A DNA stretch of 64,000 nt from Cycas panzhihuaensis. Taxonomy: Eukaryota; Plantae; Cycadophyta. The notes beneath the pieces are model-generated. The model was not told the origin of the DNA and searched no databases. It saw nothing but the letters and a program-made list of their open reading frames with translations. The translations under genes were made by a program, and so were the position numbers. Below are positions 1 to 14,100 of this stretch, piece by piece (position 1 is the stretch's first letter; every line of letters begins with the position of its first letter). The stretch spans positions 208,699,741 through 208,763,740 of the forward strand of contig CM041465.1 of NCBI GenBank assembly GCA_023213395.1, read 5' to 3'.

Positions 1-1
1 G

Positions 2-3000
2 ATGATGCCTCAAGTCATCTTTAATGGGAATAATTTTAGTGAATGGGAGGCTAACATGAAGGTCGTTTTAATGGTGAATCAACTTTGGGGGATCACCAAA
101 GATGAGTTACTTGCTATTCTATTGGATGCAAAGGAGCAAACTCATAAAGAGGAGAAGCAGTTTATGGTTTTTGGGCTATTGAAATCATCTTTGGTAGCCA
201 ACCAAAGAGCCATAGTTCATAACCTTGATAAACCAAACAAAATTTAGACAAAATTGTATAAGACATTTGTAAAGAAAAATACAAATCACCATGTTGCTTT
301 GATGATGGAGCTTCTTAATGTAGCAGTGGAAGACAAAAGTAACATAAGTGCCTACCTAAATAAAATAATTGATTTTAGGAACAAATTAGAAGAGATTAAA
401 TTAGGCTCAATTGATAACACATTGTTGTTTGCATTAGTTATGTCGAAACTACAAGCTATATTTGGAACCTTTCTGACCATCTATGTGAGAGATGAAGTAA
501 TGGAGGGTGAATCATTTGAGAAGATGAAGCACCATGGTCTGCTCAGTGATTCCAAATCAAATCAAGCCCTGGTCATGAAGACACATAAGAGAGATGATTT
601 TCAGGAAGGGAGGTCCATGCAAAAATTAGGAAAAGTTTCTTGGGAGAAGAAGCAATTTGTTGGAAAAGACGAGAGAAGAACTATTGGTTTAAAAGATGAG
701 ATAAATGCAAAGCAAGTAAGGATGAAAAAGGAAAGGATGTTGTAGCTTCTTGTGCAAAAACATCAGCCTTGTTAATCGAGTCAAATCGGAGAGACTACTG
801 GATTTTGGACTCAAGAATGTAGAAACATATCTCTTTTCAGAAGCAAAACCTTGATGCATGGAATGCTAGTCCTAGTGAAGCTGGAATCATTCTTGGGGAT
901 GTGAGTGTATTGCCTGTTGAAGCTATTGCCATTGTTCCTCTTGTAGGAGGAAAATTTAAGGGTGTGTATTACGTACCCAAGATGAAGATGAACCTTCTGT
1001 CAGCCTGAGAGATCTGCAAATAAGGTATGAAGGTTGAACTCTATAAAGACAAATGCCTAATTAAGAATCCTTAGAAACTTTTCTCTGACATTGCTGCTGG
1101 AAAAGTAAGGGATGATTTTTGGGTGTTTGAGAAATCTCAGTCCCAGAATAGTTCCTATGCCTTTATAGTCGGTGTTGACGATGTGAGTAAATGTTGGTAT
1201 GAATGCCTTGGACACCTTAATTACAAAAGCATAACACTTATGAATTGATTGAAGATGGTGGAAGGAATGCCCATGCCCCATGTTTCTTGTTTAGAAGGTG
1301 TATGTGAAGGATACATGTGTGAAAGCATCATCGCTATCCTTTTGCTCGAGATCATGCCTAGAGAGCCAAGGAGAATCTAGAGCTTGTGCATTCTAATGTG
1401 ATGGGTCCTCTTTCAAACCCTTCCATATCTAGAGCTCACTATACTTTAGTGTTTGTAGATGATTATACCATGAAGGCCCACATACATTTTCTAAAAAATA
1501 AGTGTGAAGTGTTCGACCACTTTTATGAATGGAAGGTATGTGTCAAGAATGAATGTGAAAAGGAGATAAAAATTCTAAGGAGTGATAATGGAAAGGAATA
1601 TGACAATAATGCTTCTAATAAGTTCTGTCTTAATCATGGTATAAAGCAAGAATTCATAGTTCTATATACCCCACAACAAAACAATGTTGTTGAAAGAAAG
1701 AACTATGCCATGATGGAAATAGCAAGGTGTGTGGTGCATGTGAAGAATTTGCTGCCTAAATTTTAGGCAGAAGCTATTGGGACTATTGTTTATTCCTAAA
1801 TAGGATACTGTTAAAAGCAATTTGTGGCATGACCCCTGAAGAAAAATGGACTAGCTGTAAACCTACCATTGACCATTTGAAAACCTTTGTGTGCATTGCA
1901 TATGCATATATTCTAGGCAAAAATTGCTAAAAATTGGATCGTAAGAGTTTGATGTGTATATTTGTGGGGCATTCTGATCAAAACAAAGTTTACAGACTGT
2001 GAGATTTGTAGGGAGAGAACTTGTGATTAGTCGAGATGCAAAATTTGATGAGTCTATGATGTATCATGCTGAGAAGACGTTGTCTAAAGAATCCTTTTAC
2101 CCCCCACTATTTCCATTTTTTGTTGGTGCTTCATTAGCCACAAAGGATGACAAATTAGGCATTGTGATTTGGACAAAAGAAGGACTGAGTGGAGAAGGTA
2201 ATAATTAGGAGCAACCATGTGTGGAGGCACCTACAACATCGGGTGTTTCTATGCCATTGTGGGCAGAAGACCATTCAAAATTCTAGTGTGACATTGCAAG
2301 ATCTTACAGATGAATGAAGAACAAGAAGCAAACATGCCACTTAGACTTTGGTGGTAGATACCACAAACTCCCAAGACCCAGCTTCATATGATGAAGTGAA
2401 AGTTGATCCTTGTTAGAGAGCTGCTATGGAGGAGGAATTTGGTTCTCTCATAAAAAATGTAACATGGAAATTAGTTTCTCTGCCTCCTAAGAAAAACCTT
2501 GTTGGTTGCAAGTGGGTCTACAAGATTAAGTTTCGCTCCAATGGAGAGGTGGGCAAGTACAAGGCAAAACTTGTTGCACAAAGATTTAAACAAAAGGAAG
2601 GGATTGATTATGAGGAGACATTTGCACCAGTCTTTAAGATGATGATGATTCATTTGATCCTTTCATTGGCAACTAAATATGGTTGATAGCTACACCAATT
2701 GGATGCGAAATCAACATTCCTTAATGGAGAGTTGAAAGAGGAGGTATACATGGCACAACCTCTTGGTTTTGTTAAGAAAGGTTAGGAGCATATTGTGTGC
2801 CAGTTTAAAAAAGTCAATCTATGGCCTAAAACAAGCACCACGTGCTTGATATGCAAAGATCGATGTTAAATTTAAAGAAGAAGGATTTGTTATTTCAGAT
2901 CTAGAGTCAAATATGTATGTGAAAAGGAAAAGAACTTCAATAGCAGCTATTGTGTTTTATGTTGATGATTTGATCATCACTGGCAACTGTCATAAGACTA

Positions 3001-3890
3001 TTGCACAAGTGAAATCCAATTTGGGAGCAACTTTTGACATGATAGATCTCGGGGCTTTGCATTACTTTTTAGACATTGAGATAAGGCAAATGGAAGACAG
3101 GATTTTGGTGTTACAAACAAAAGATGTGAAGAACTTGCTTGAGAAATTCAAGATGGAGGATTACAAGCGTGTTCGAACACCACATGCCAAGGGCACAAAG
3201 CTCTTGAAGGATATGAAACAACCTGTTGCAAATGAAACATTGTATAAACAATTAGTAGGGAGTCTTATCTATTTGACTCATACCAGGCAAGATATTGTGT
3301 ATGCTATCTAATTTGTCTCCCATTATATGCAGAATCCACAAGAGTCACATTGGGTTGCACCAAAGCAAATTTTGACATATTTGAAAGGGAATTTTAATAT
3401 GAGTTTGGAGTACCTTCATGATGGAGATATAAAGTTGCATGGCTACATTGATACAGATTGGGAGGAGACTCTGATGATCGAAAATCCGTTGTTGGATATG
3501 TGTTTGGTATTGGCAATGGATTTGTATCATGGTAGTTGAAGAAGCAACACACAATAGTGCTATCTTCTACAGAGACAGAGTATCAAGGACTTACTATTGG
3601 TGTGAGAGAAGCCGTATGGTTGCAAGGGCTTTTGGATATCTTTGATATATCTTGTAGCACTCCGGTTATTTTGATTGATAACCAAAGCACTATTTGTCTA
3701 TCAAAGAATCTAGTGTTTCATTCATGTAGAAAGCATATTGAAATTCAACACCACTACATTCGTGAACAAATCAAAGCTACTTAAGTCGACTTTTGTTTGA
3801 GTGAGAAGCAACTTACGAGCATGTTTACTAAAGCACTTATTGAATATCAATTCACTAAGATTCGTATCAGATTGGGACTTAGAGAAGTTA
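2..3890 (+). pseudogene. gag-pol pseudogene of copia-1
   Basis: ORF fragments 2..247, 254..745, 1386..1766, 2426..2686, 2913..3311, 3327..3539 and 3536..3784 carry the motifs above. Confidence 0.93.
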
Positions 3891-3984
3891 TCCTTAAGGG
3901 GGGATGTATTAGCAAGGATAATTCCAACCTTCGTCAATGATTTCAAATTGCAGATCAAATTTTCACATCTACATTAAAGAGGGA

Positions 3985-4294
3985 TGTTAGCGTGGCAATT
4001 AAGACTAAGCCACATGTTTAATGTTAAATGTGATTAGTTAGTGTTAAGTGAAGGGTCACAACCATTTAGGTTGGCTATACCATTTTGGGAACTATAAATA
4101 ACCCCAAGGTCCATTGTAAATTCATCCAAGAATCATCGATGTGATCTAACAATCTTTTGTGGTGGGTTTTTTCCCGAAAGGGTTTTCCACATAAATTATT
4201 ATGTATTGTATACCTGTGCTTTTTACTATTACTTGCTATGTATGATCAAGATCTTGTAGTTCATAATACATACATATTTTCATGTTTCTTCACA
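3985..4294 (+). repeat. 3' LTR of copia-1 (310 bp)
   Basis: TGTTAG...CTTCACA ends, preceded by PPT AAAGAGGGA (3976-3984), internal TATAAATA. Homologous to the reverse-complemented LTR at 15524-15858. Confidence 0.9.
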
Positions 4295-5907
4295 ATATTT
4301 ATGGGGCACTTTCCCATTCACTATTACGGAGTTGCACCTTGGATTTGGAGGAACTACTATGGCAAGATGTTTTGGAGGTTGAGTGGGATTGCCTCCAATT
4401 GTACCCTTCCATAATAGAAGGGATGTCTCTAATAAGACTATTGTTGCTGTTGTGGTGGCTATCTCTACGGTTGTCTCTTGTGGACCCAACTCTCAAACTT
4501 TATTGCATATTGATAGGCTTTGTATAGAGTGGTGATGGTGAGGAGGTCAAGCTCCTAATGCAAGGGAAAGAGTCCACCAATGAACTAAGCATTAATGTAT
4601 CTTTGAAGTTGTTTGGTTCCACCATGTTGACCATCTTGTGGAAGGTGTCAATGTACTACTAGATGAATTGTCCAACCTACTACTAAAGGTGCAACCACTT
4701 CTCCTTGGTGTCCTTGTGTTTGATAGGACAAAACTAGTTTTGGAGGATTGTCTTGACATCTACCTAGACAATGATTGGTGCATGGTTTTGGACATGAGTT
4801 TGGTACCACATTAAGGTTTGATCGATCATGTGGATTTCCACCACATAAATCTTTTGTACATTGAGAAGTTGTTGATATTTGAAGTATGCCTTTAGGCTAC
4901 AAATCCAACCATCTAATGTTGTGGCATTGATAGTGTCATGGAATAGAGGGATGGTGATTCATATATCAACTTTGAATTGAGGTTGCTAGAGAGGAATCAC
5001 CTTGGGGATTTAGTGGGCACAAGCTAGTTGCATCGTCATTTGCTACGACATCATAATCGTGTTGTTCATGAGTTGCGTATGGGCTTGACCTTGCTCTTGA
5101 AGCACTTGGGCTTGCATTTGGCTTTGTTCTTAGAGTGCATCCAAGAACAACTAGGAAGGGTTTGAAGTTATTCTAATGCCCTCTTTGGCCTCTTCATTGG
5201 AGGGTGCTTGCTTACTCTATTGAGACATGGTAACCTACAGAGAATGGGAGAATATTTGGAATTACAATTTCAGGTTCGATCCCAAGCTTTAATACCAACT
5301 GATATGTCATCATGAAGGGAGAAATAGAAATCTGTAACAATTGGAAATAAAATGGAGGAATATGACAACATAGCTAATAAAGAACTAAGCGAAGGAAGGT
5401 AGGAACTAAAAGTAAAATGCTTGGAGGAAGCTTGTTCCAAGAACTGTTCCTTATTGCAACCATTCCTATAATTGTTCCTCAAGAGGTGATTCTTAATTTT
5501 GCAACCATTTCGAACCATTCTTGGCCTATTCTGTGACCATTCTTGGGTTGTTCTAGAATTGTCTAAGGACCATTCTAGTCATTGTAGGCCATTCCTCAAC
5601 ATCCAAGACAACTTTTGGGCAATCATAATCTAGTCTAAGGACCATATTGGAGGCATCTAGATTTCTTAGGGAAGAATGTTTTTTTTTTAAGTGGTTGAAT
5701 GGACTATGAGAAGCTAAAGGGTGTTTGATAAGGATTGGGACAAGCCTCTACACAAATGCGTGCACAAAAAAAAAAGGAAGACTAAACATAGAAGATATGT
5801 GGAAATATTTCTCTTGTATTAAGCCCTAGGGATTCATAAAATAATCTAAGAGGCTCCCTTCCCTTTTTAAAGATGTTGGAGGCATTGCGAGATGAGGGGC
5901 CATTACA
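4295..5907 (-). mobile_element. Ty3/gypsy relic: 5' LTR (5300-5907), tRNA-Met PBS and decayed gag, interrupted by copia-1
   Basis: Minus strand reads TGTAATGGCCCC...CATATCA-GT-TGGTATTAAAGC (PBS 5286-5297). Downstream translation gives gag-like FKVDI.IP.FH..IN...LDGWI.SL..YF. Confidence 0.8.
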
Positions 5908-6699
5908 AAAAGCTGAAAAGGAACCTGCGCAAGTAGAAAAACTAAAGTATCTACTTCAAAACAAAAATTGAAGGTCAATTACCCTTTTTGTAACTGGTAT
6001 GTACTAACTCAACTATAAAGTACCTTGGAGTGAGTCACTTTTATAACTTAAGTGAGCTCAATGCTGATATTGGAAATCAAGCACAGCACAACAAATGGCT
6101 ACATTTTAATGCTACATGGGTGAGTGGTAACTACACTCATCAAAATTACTTAATCAAAATAAAGAGGAAAGTAACTTTTGTGTTTAGGTCCAAAATAAGA
6201 AGTCACAATTTGATATAAGCCCATTATCAGACATTCTTATATGCATCACCCCAAGCCCAAGGCTAGAACTATGCATAACACATCCACCCTCTACAATGCC
6301 CATACATGTGATGGTGCTTCCACACACTGGCTATAGGAATGGTGTCTAGGCTTCATTTTTAGACCCAAGTATGATTCCCTTGTTGGGAAATCATCGTCCT
6401 TAGGTCCACTAGAATTCACCCCGTAATAAATGAGGTGATCACTCCCTCAAAGAGGGGCCACCAATCATAGGTGATATTTAAGAAGATAATGTAATTTACC
6501 CAAAATAATCACCTTTTGGTGGATAACTGGTGATCAAGTTTAAAGACCAATGTCTGAAGGGTGTCTTATCCTTATAGTCCCTCTTCGTGGACTCTTCCTC
6601 AATGATAAACCCCAAATTGAGAGGGATAATCAAATGTGTATCCCTTTGCATAGTTCACCATGGTTTGATTTTTCATTCCATTGCAAGTTGACTCCTTTA

Positions 6700-6935
6700 T
6701 TCATCCTTGTGCATAGAGTCATATGCATCCTTGTGCATATGGACATGCCCATCTCAAGCATCCCTATGCAAGAGACCACATGCATTCTTGTGCATGTGAA
6801 TTATTTATTCTCAAGCATCCCTGTGCAAGATATCATCCTCAAACATCCCTGTGAAAGACAACATATGCATCCTTGTGCATATATTCACATTCTTGAGCAT
6901 CCCTATGCAAGAGAGTGGCACGCATCCCTGTGTAT
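6700..6935. repeat. degenerate minisatellite, core GCATCC(T/C)TGTGCA
   Basis: About 9 irregularly spaced copies of catccttgtgca/catccctgtgca. ORF 6550..7026 is a by-product. Confidence 0.75.
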
Positions 6936-7581
6936 GCGAGAAGCTAGGTCTTATAAGGCATGGTTTCAAGTTCAAGTTGGTGGGTTCAATCTGGTATTAA
7001 GAAACCATCCACAAATTCACCCATAATTATAATAAATGAACAATGTTATTTCATTTAACTATGGCAATAAAAGGAACCTGCAAGTATACGAATCATGAGG
7101 AAATTTATTTTCTTTTTGGAATCCATTCAATAAAACTTGCAAATGCATCATTCATTTTTCATTCAATATTAACAACTTGTCCTCATACAATAAAAGTAAA
7201 TTTTTTCTTTTCATTCGGTTGCATGGTTATATTTATTTCATGATTATATACTTTCAAGCAAAATTCATACCATTAGGGTTATATGATTCTCACCATCTAT
7301 CATGCATGTAGTGAAAATAGAATTTGTGATCTCATAGCAAGAGAAATTACTACAGAAGGGATTATTGTAAGTACTGTACTTGATGTTTCTTCATGCATTA
7401 TGTTCACAATATATTTTCACTCATAAGAACGATTATTCAAGAGTACTCAAGATTATGAAATGGCGATATGCCTCATCGCTATCTTGCAACATACAACTTC
7501 TATTAGAAATCTAGAAAACAAGAATTGTCCTCTTTGAATCCTAGGTTTTATTTCAACTAACTTTATCATATATATATATAG

Positions 7582-10500
7582 TTTTTTTTTTTTTGACAGA
7601 AAAAAAAAGGTAATATTTTTTAACTTTTGAATAGAAATGAAAGTACATAACAATTGGCTACTAGCCCAACAAATCATGAAACAAAACCCTACAATTACAC
7701 GCTAATCCTTGAGCACTATCAAAAGAAAGCTAAAACAAAACCAGTTGACCATCAAATCTCAAAGGTTGTTAAAAGAAACGAGTGCTCCAACTCTCCTCTG
7801 CTTGAGCATTTAGCACCCTAGGCACATGTATGAGCTGAACATCCTAGAATGTTGAAAGGATCTGCCAAGCCTGGGTAAGATAAGCCTTAACAATCATCTG
7901 TTGAGGCCTTGATTTGCCACCGACAGAGTTGATAACCAAAAGAGATTCCCCCATCACCTTAAGACAAGAAATACCCCAATCTCTAGCAAGGATAATGCCC
8001 CTAGTTCACCTAAGAAACTTTACATCATTATTGGTGGCATGTCCTAGACCTTGAGAAAAATTTTCAATGGCTAAGCCCTGCTCATTAAAAAGTACACCAC
8101 TAGCTTTTGCCTTTTTGGGGTTGCCTTTAGAGGGTCCATCAAAGTTGAGTTGGAAAAAACCTTTTGGAATCATCGGAGGAGTGAGTCCTTGCATGCTTTT
8201 ACCTGTAGGAGAGCAAGATCTTATCTTAAGATGGAGTAGATGCAAAAGGTTCATCTCATGTGGTGAGAACCTCCTAAGATCTATAATAGATAGATCCAAA
8301 GCTAAAGTTGCTAATCTCAGAAGCATGACACATTTGCTCTAGCAGCAAGAGGGAGAAATAGATTTTTGTTGAAACAAACTAGCATTCCTGGCAAGCCAAA
8401 TTTGCTAAGTAATGAGGAATGGTAACAGAAACAAAAGATATTTCAAGAATGATTTGATTTTCCAATGGAGAGGATATCTGTGATCCCATCCTTCCACTAA
8501 AGAATGCACACCCTCCATCTGGGAGAGCATTGAAACATCAATAACTAAAACATCAAAGGCTTTCTTCCAAATCTATTGCACAAACTGGAAAGTAACAAAA
8601 AAATGTTGCATAGACTCTGGGTCATGCTTACATAGAGAGCACCAATGGGGTACCAAGATTCCCCCCTTGCAAAGATTTTTAGCAGTAAAAAGAACTTGAT
8701 GTTGCAATAGCCAAAAAAGAAATTTACCTTGGCAATTGAGCAATATTTTCACAATAATTTCCATCTAGGGTCTGAAGTATATGCCTCCTCTTTTTCCTGT
8801 TGAAGTAGACTGTCATAACATGCCATAACATTGTATTCTCCTGTGCTTGAAGCGTTACCCCACATGACAGTATCCTCCTGGTCTGAGAGAATAATCTTTC
8901 TGACATGAACTGATGCAAGTAGAAGAGAGCAGTCTTGATGAAGACCAAGGTCAAGATGTTGCCTAAACATAGCCGATTTGAATTCCCAAATAATTATTGG
9001 AGGATTTTCCCATAGGCTTAAGGAATGGAAAAATCAATAACCTGCATAATACCTTGACCTGGAAACCACTCCCAAATGCTGGTTAATTGTTGTTCCTTTT
9101 GCAGCAGTGGCATGCCATCGATGACATCTTTCCAGATGCAAGCTTTTAGCCTGTTGCCAACCTTCCAAGAGCAACCTTCCCTGAAGAGGTCCAATGCATC
9201 ACTCATAAGTTGCCATGTGGGAGAACCCTTTCCTCACTTGAACTTCTCAAAAAGAATCTGATTAGGGTGGCTTCCAATGAAATATTTGGCAATAAAAGGA
9301 CCCTGCCAAATGTAATTTTGACAAGAGATAAATTGCCATAAAAGCTTAGATCTAAACATAATTGGTAGCAAAGAGAGCTTCCTAATTGCCAATCCCCCTT
9401 CCAACTTGGGCCTGCAAACTTTCAACTAGGAGAGCAAATGAAACTTCTTCCTTTCCAAAGAAATTCTTGAAAAATTTGATCCAACTTATTCCTAACCCCA
9501 CATGGAATACATAAAACTGCCATCCAATACACAGAAATAATAGCCAAGGCTGAACATATAAGCTGCACTCTTTCTGCTAGAGTGAGCCACCTATGAGTCC
9601 ATCCATTTAGTACCCATTTGACAAGATCCAAAATTCAAGCCCACTCCTTTTTTGTATGTTTTCTTTGTCCAGTAGGAACACCCAGATAGTTGAACTTTTA
9701 GGGGTCTTCATGGTTGAACCCAAAGACCTGGCAAAATTTCTGAAAAATTTTATTAAAACAATTATAAGCTATAAACAGAGATTTACCTGTGTTAGCAGCC
9801 ACTCCTGTTGCAAGGAAAAAGGTATTTAGTAGCTCTTTGAGTTTCCTAGCTTCACGAATGGAAGTGTACCCCACATAGCGTATCATCAAAGAGTTGAAGA
9901 TGTCTGAGATGAGAACCATTGGAGGAGGGTGAAACCCCTTGGAGACTACTCTCAATCATAGCCTGCTTGAATGCCTAGCTGAGAGTTCTGGCCAAGATTA
10001 TGTAAAGAAACAAAGAGAGGGGGACCCTTGCTACATTCCACAACTACTACAAAGAAAATCTAATGAAGATCCATTAACTAGAACTGAATGCAAACAAGTG
10101 TTGATGCATGCATTCATCCAACTAACCTAGTGCACTAAAAACCCTGCTTTATCCAAGATTTGGAGTAAAAAAACAATATGCATCCTGTTAAAGGTAAAAG
10201 CAAAGTCAAATTTTCTAACCATATTCTTCTTTCTCACATGCATTGTAGAATGTATGGCTTCTTGAGCCATAACCACGCTATCAATAATCTCTCTGCCCTC
10301 TATAGCTCCACCTTATTCCAAAGACATATTGGCCATGGATTTTTTTAGCTGTAAAATAATAACTTTAGAGATAAATTTGTAACAGAATAGGTCAAAACCT
10401 ATCCATTTGGAAAGCCTCCGTTTCTTTCAAGACTAAGGCAATGAATGTAGCGTTAATAGCTTTAGGGACCTCCCCTACTGATGGGATTCATCCACCATAC

Positions 10501-10930
10501 TTAACAAGTCATAATAAATCACTGGCCATGCAACTTGATAAAAAATGGCTTGCATGCCATTAGGTCTTGGGGCTTTGTCAAGCATGAAGGAGAACACCAA
10601 TACTTGGAGTTCCTCCATAGAAATCTAGTTAACAAGCTCCTCATCTCCTGCATTACTAGCTTCTGAACAAAATGCAATAGGTCCTTTTGAGCATGAATGT
10701 TAGGGGCTCCATCATTGCTCAAAAGATTATAGAAATGGTCCCTTGCAATAACTATAACTAAAATGGTATTGTCTCCTTGAAACATATCACCCTGCATTGT
10801 CTTGATTTTAGAAATACGATTGTGTCTTCTGTGATCTTGAAGCAAGTGGTGGAAGAAGGCAGTGTTCTCATCAACTGCCTTTGCCCAGAGACACATAAGT
10901 GCATCTTCTTCAACATCCATTTTCTCCAGA
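7582..10930 (-). mobile_element. L1-clade LINE, 5'-truncated and degenerate ORF2 (RT, zf-RVT, RNase H) with poly(A) tail
   Basis: Minus-strand fragments DENTAFFH..RRHNRI, GW..RWLTLAERVQLI, KVCRPKLEGGLAIR, WKVGNRL...W.D, CSLCKHDPES..HFF, RNase H FQLNFDGPSKGNP..GHATNN. T13 at 7582-7594 is a poly(A) tail after TGTC. No TSD found. Confidence 0.92.
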
Positions 10931-10969
10931 GCTGACTATCGTGGCCTCCTCAGCACTCAAGACTTGTCT

Positions 10970-11140
10970 GTGATCATCAATCTTATTGGAATCCCACAAG
11001 GCATCAACCCCATCTTGAGAAACCCTTATGCAATCAACATTCTCTGTGGAACCATGCTGAGCATCAATGCCATATTGAGGATCCATGGAGCCATGCAAAG
11101 CATCATCCCCATCCTGAGGAGCCCACATTCAATCATTCAT
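10970..11140. repeat. degenerate tandem repeat GCATCA(A/T)NCCATNNTGAG
   Basis: Copies near 11000, 11061 and 11100 plus partial copies. ORFs 10862..11203 and 10910..11128 reflect this periodicity. Confidence 0.6.
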
Positions 11141-14100
11141 CATTTATTGATGAAACTAGGGTTCTTGTTATATGTTTTTCAAAATACATTTAACATAAAT
11201 TAAACAAGTTTTAAATTTGGGAAACCCAAAATTGTTTCCTAATCTACAAACTATCTATTTATAAATATCCAAACCACGAAAAATATGTTTTTCATCTTCT
11301 TAATTATCTTGTATGCATAATTCTACCATAAAAAATATATAAACCAGAAATTTTATTCTTTTTTCCATTATTTTTTGTAAAAGAAAGCATTATGGACAGT
11401 TAATTGCATGGTTTTATCTATATCATGTTCTCATAATTATTTGTGCCTGCCCATAGTTCATGAAATGATGATTTCCATTATTGCATCCATGCGAAATATT
11501 AAATTCTACTAGGGAAACTAGAAAATAAAAGCGTCATACACAACCCTAGATTTTTATTTCCATTCTTTTATCATTTAATAAATGCCAGCCAGGGTTTCAT
11601 TCATTTAATTCCAAAAATCATTCACATATGGAAATTAGATACAATAGACCAAATGAAAACATATTTCAGAAATTATACTTTGTTTGCATGGTTAGGTGGG
11701 GCCCACAGGCCATAGTAAGGCCTGTACACACATGTAAGATATACAACCCATGTATACAATCAATACGTGGGTCATGAGGGCTACTTCAATCTCAAATTAG
11801 GGTTCTGTTGTTACTTGAAGTTTGTATGGATAGATTTCAGCCATACTGCCAAAGGTTGCCCAAAACACCTTGTGGGGCCTACTCGACCTTATTGTAGGCC
11901 TGCAGGAACCTGCACACAATTGTATAGTTATAGTAGCTCCATACATATAGCAGTAAGTCCAATTGCCCTTAGCCGAAAATGTACCTGATTTATTTTTTCC
12001 ACTCACTCTTAAAATTATTAATATAAAATCATTAATCGCAAGACTAGAGCAGAATAGAAGAACAAAAATATTATTTTATAACTTAATTAATTACCATATT
12101 TCAGAAAATTTAACAAGTACAATTCGGTGCCTTGACCCTCCTTGTGCAACCCTTCTTGTACTTCCACTAATGAGAATTAATGAGAGACAATGGATGAAGT
12201 GTTGATGGCCAACTCCTTACTCCCTCTAGCTTCTTGCTCCACTAGTCTCTCCTCACCCACATGCCTTATCTATAATATGCTTATATGGGAGGAGATTTTG
12301 AAGGAATCTTTATGAAGGAGTCTTAAGTGTGAAATTAGCCTCTTTGATGACAAATGAGGAACCATCTCTTGTGCACATCTTTAATGGTTACCTTACTTTT
12401 TAATGAGAGGTCCCTTTAATAGTTTTGCATGACATCTTTGAGTCTTAGCCTTGAGGGTTTTAACCTCGACTCTTGTTTTCTAAAGAAATAATGTCATTAT
12501 TAGTGATTTTAAGTTCAATCTTCTAACTTATGGAATAGTCTTTGACTTTTATGAGTTAAATTGAGTGTTAATTTCCCTTTTGTGACATCTCTTCCTACCT
12601 TGGAAAGATCATTGCCCTTAATGAGACTGGATTCTCTCATGAATATAAGTGATTTCAATGTTTCTTACTTAGTTGATTTGTTAGAGCATTTGACAAGGTA
12701 TTTCTTTAACTTCCTAGTTCTTAGGTCTAGTATTTCAACCGAGATATCAACATATGTTGGTTACTTGTTATCAATTTTTAATGATACCTTCTTTAGGTAG
12801 CCAATACAAGATGTGTGTTCATATATATATGGGAAGATCTCACCCAAATGTGACATCACTTGCCTTCTTGAATATTAAAACATGTCTATAATATCTTAAT
12901 TACCATTTGGCACACTTGCTTATGGGAAGGGCTAAGTTGGGTGTACCCTTAATTACCATATGCTTCCAAATGTGAAGCTTCTTGAAGATCACTTATAATA
13001 GACATACACTTTTCCTTAGATTGTGCCTTTTTAAATTTTTCTCGCATTGTTGCATTCATGTTGCATGCCTGCAACATTTCTAATGATCTTAGAATCTAAT
13101 TTCAATTTAATCATTGCATCATAGCCATTTATGGTTTTAAATAGTGTCAACCCGATAGTTGAGTGATTGTTATGTGAGAACTCTTTATGTGGAAGACTTT
13201 TTTCCTTAGATTTCTTTTTGGTAATAACTCGAGATCTAGGCATATGTTAATTATTTAATTCACTCTTTTCCTATTTGCCTTTCAATTAATTTGAAGGCCC
13301 TAAAGAGTTCTTGTTATAGATTTTAAACACCTCAACTATTACAATGTTTAACCCAACAAGGGATTAATTGGCCATCTATGTATATAAAACATTACTAAGA
13401 TTTTATCACTTTGTGTTTAGATTTTGATTTCACTCTCAAGTATACTTGACTTGAAATGATCCTCATCCTATTATTTTTGCATAAATATTTAAATGCATTG
13501 CCCTTTGCTCACTTTTGTGAGTATTTTTATTTTTAGGCATGCTAATGTTAACTCTGAACAATGCCTTAGAAAATTACAATCGATTTTCTTATATTCACGG
13601 AAAGAGATAAGCTATATGTTTGTCCATATATTTGTGTATTATTCCTTAATCATAACTAATCTCTGATCTAAAGATTATGGGATCTTAATCGATTTTCATA
13701 GACTCTTGCAAGTCTTTTGGGTTCTGCCCCCTAGTCATATTTATATATTTATTTTCTTGTATTCAACTAGTATATGGACATATGTTGGTTAGTGATTATC
13801 GATTTTTAATGATACCTTCTTGAATATTAAAAAACATCTATAATGTCTTAGTTGTCAAACCTACTCCTTGAAAAGGGCAAGCTCCACCATGATTCCAAGA
13901 CCTACAATGATGCAAATGTTTGGGCCTAAATCCCTATTTAAAGTGGGTAGCTTCTAGGGTTGAGTGAAGTTGGCCAGAATTAGTGTCATCTATGCCCAAA
14001 ACTGGCCTATTCAAGTTGACTAAATAGGTTTAGGAATATCATGAATTTTGGTCTTTAAATAGGTCATCTAGACTGCATGAAGTCAATCTCAACTAGCTGC

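Larger units (their letters stand above)
1..4294 (+). mobile_element. Ty1/copia LTR retrotransposon copia-1, degenerate; 5' end outside the window
   Basis: Copia domain order: gag (FNGNNFSEWEANMK), protease (YWILDS near 796-812), integrase (VFVDDY, ILRSDNGKEY, YTPQQN), RT (LVGCKWVYK, FYVDDLII), RNase H (LSSTETEY, DNQSTI, KHIEIQHHYIRE), then PPT and LTR. Many stops and frameshifts. Confidence 0.96.

Noticed and set aside
6550-7026. 158-aa ORF as a host gene
   Set aside because: Built from the GCATCCTTGTGCA minisatellite; no domain recognised.
10930-13857. Host gene or defined element in the AT-rich interval
   Set aside because: Only short motif-less ORFs and a local repeat (about 12750-12900 vs 13775-13857); probably old LTR/UTR sequence, but boundaries cannot be supported.
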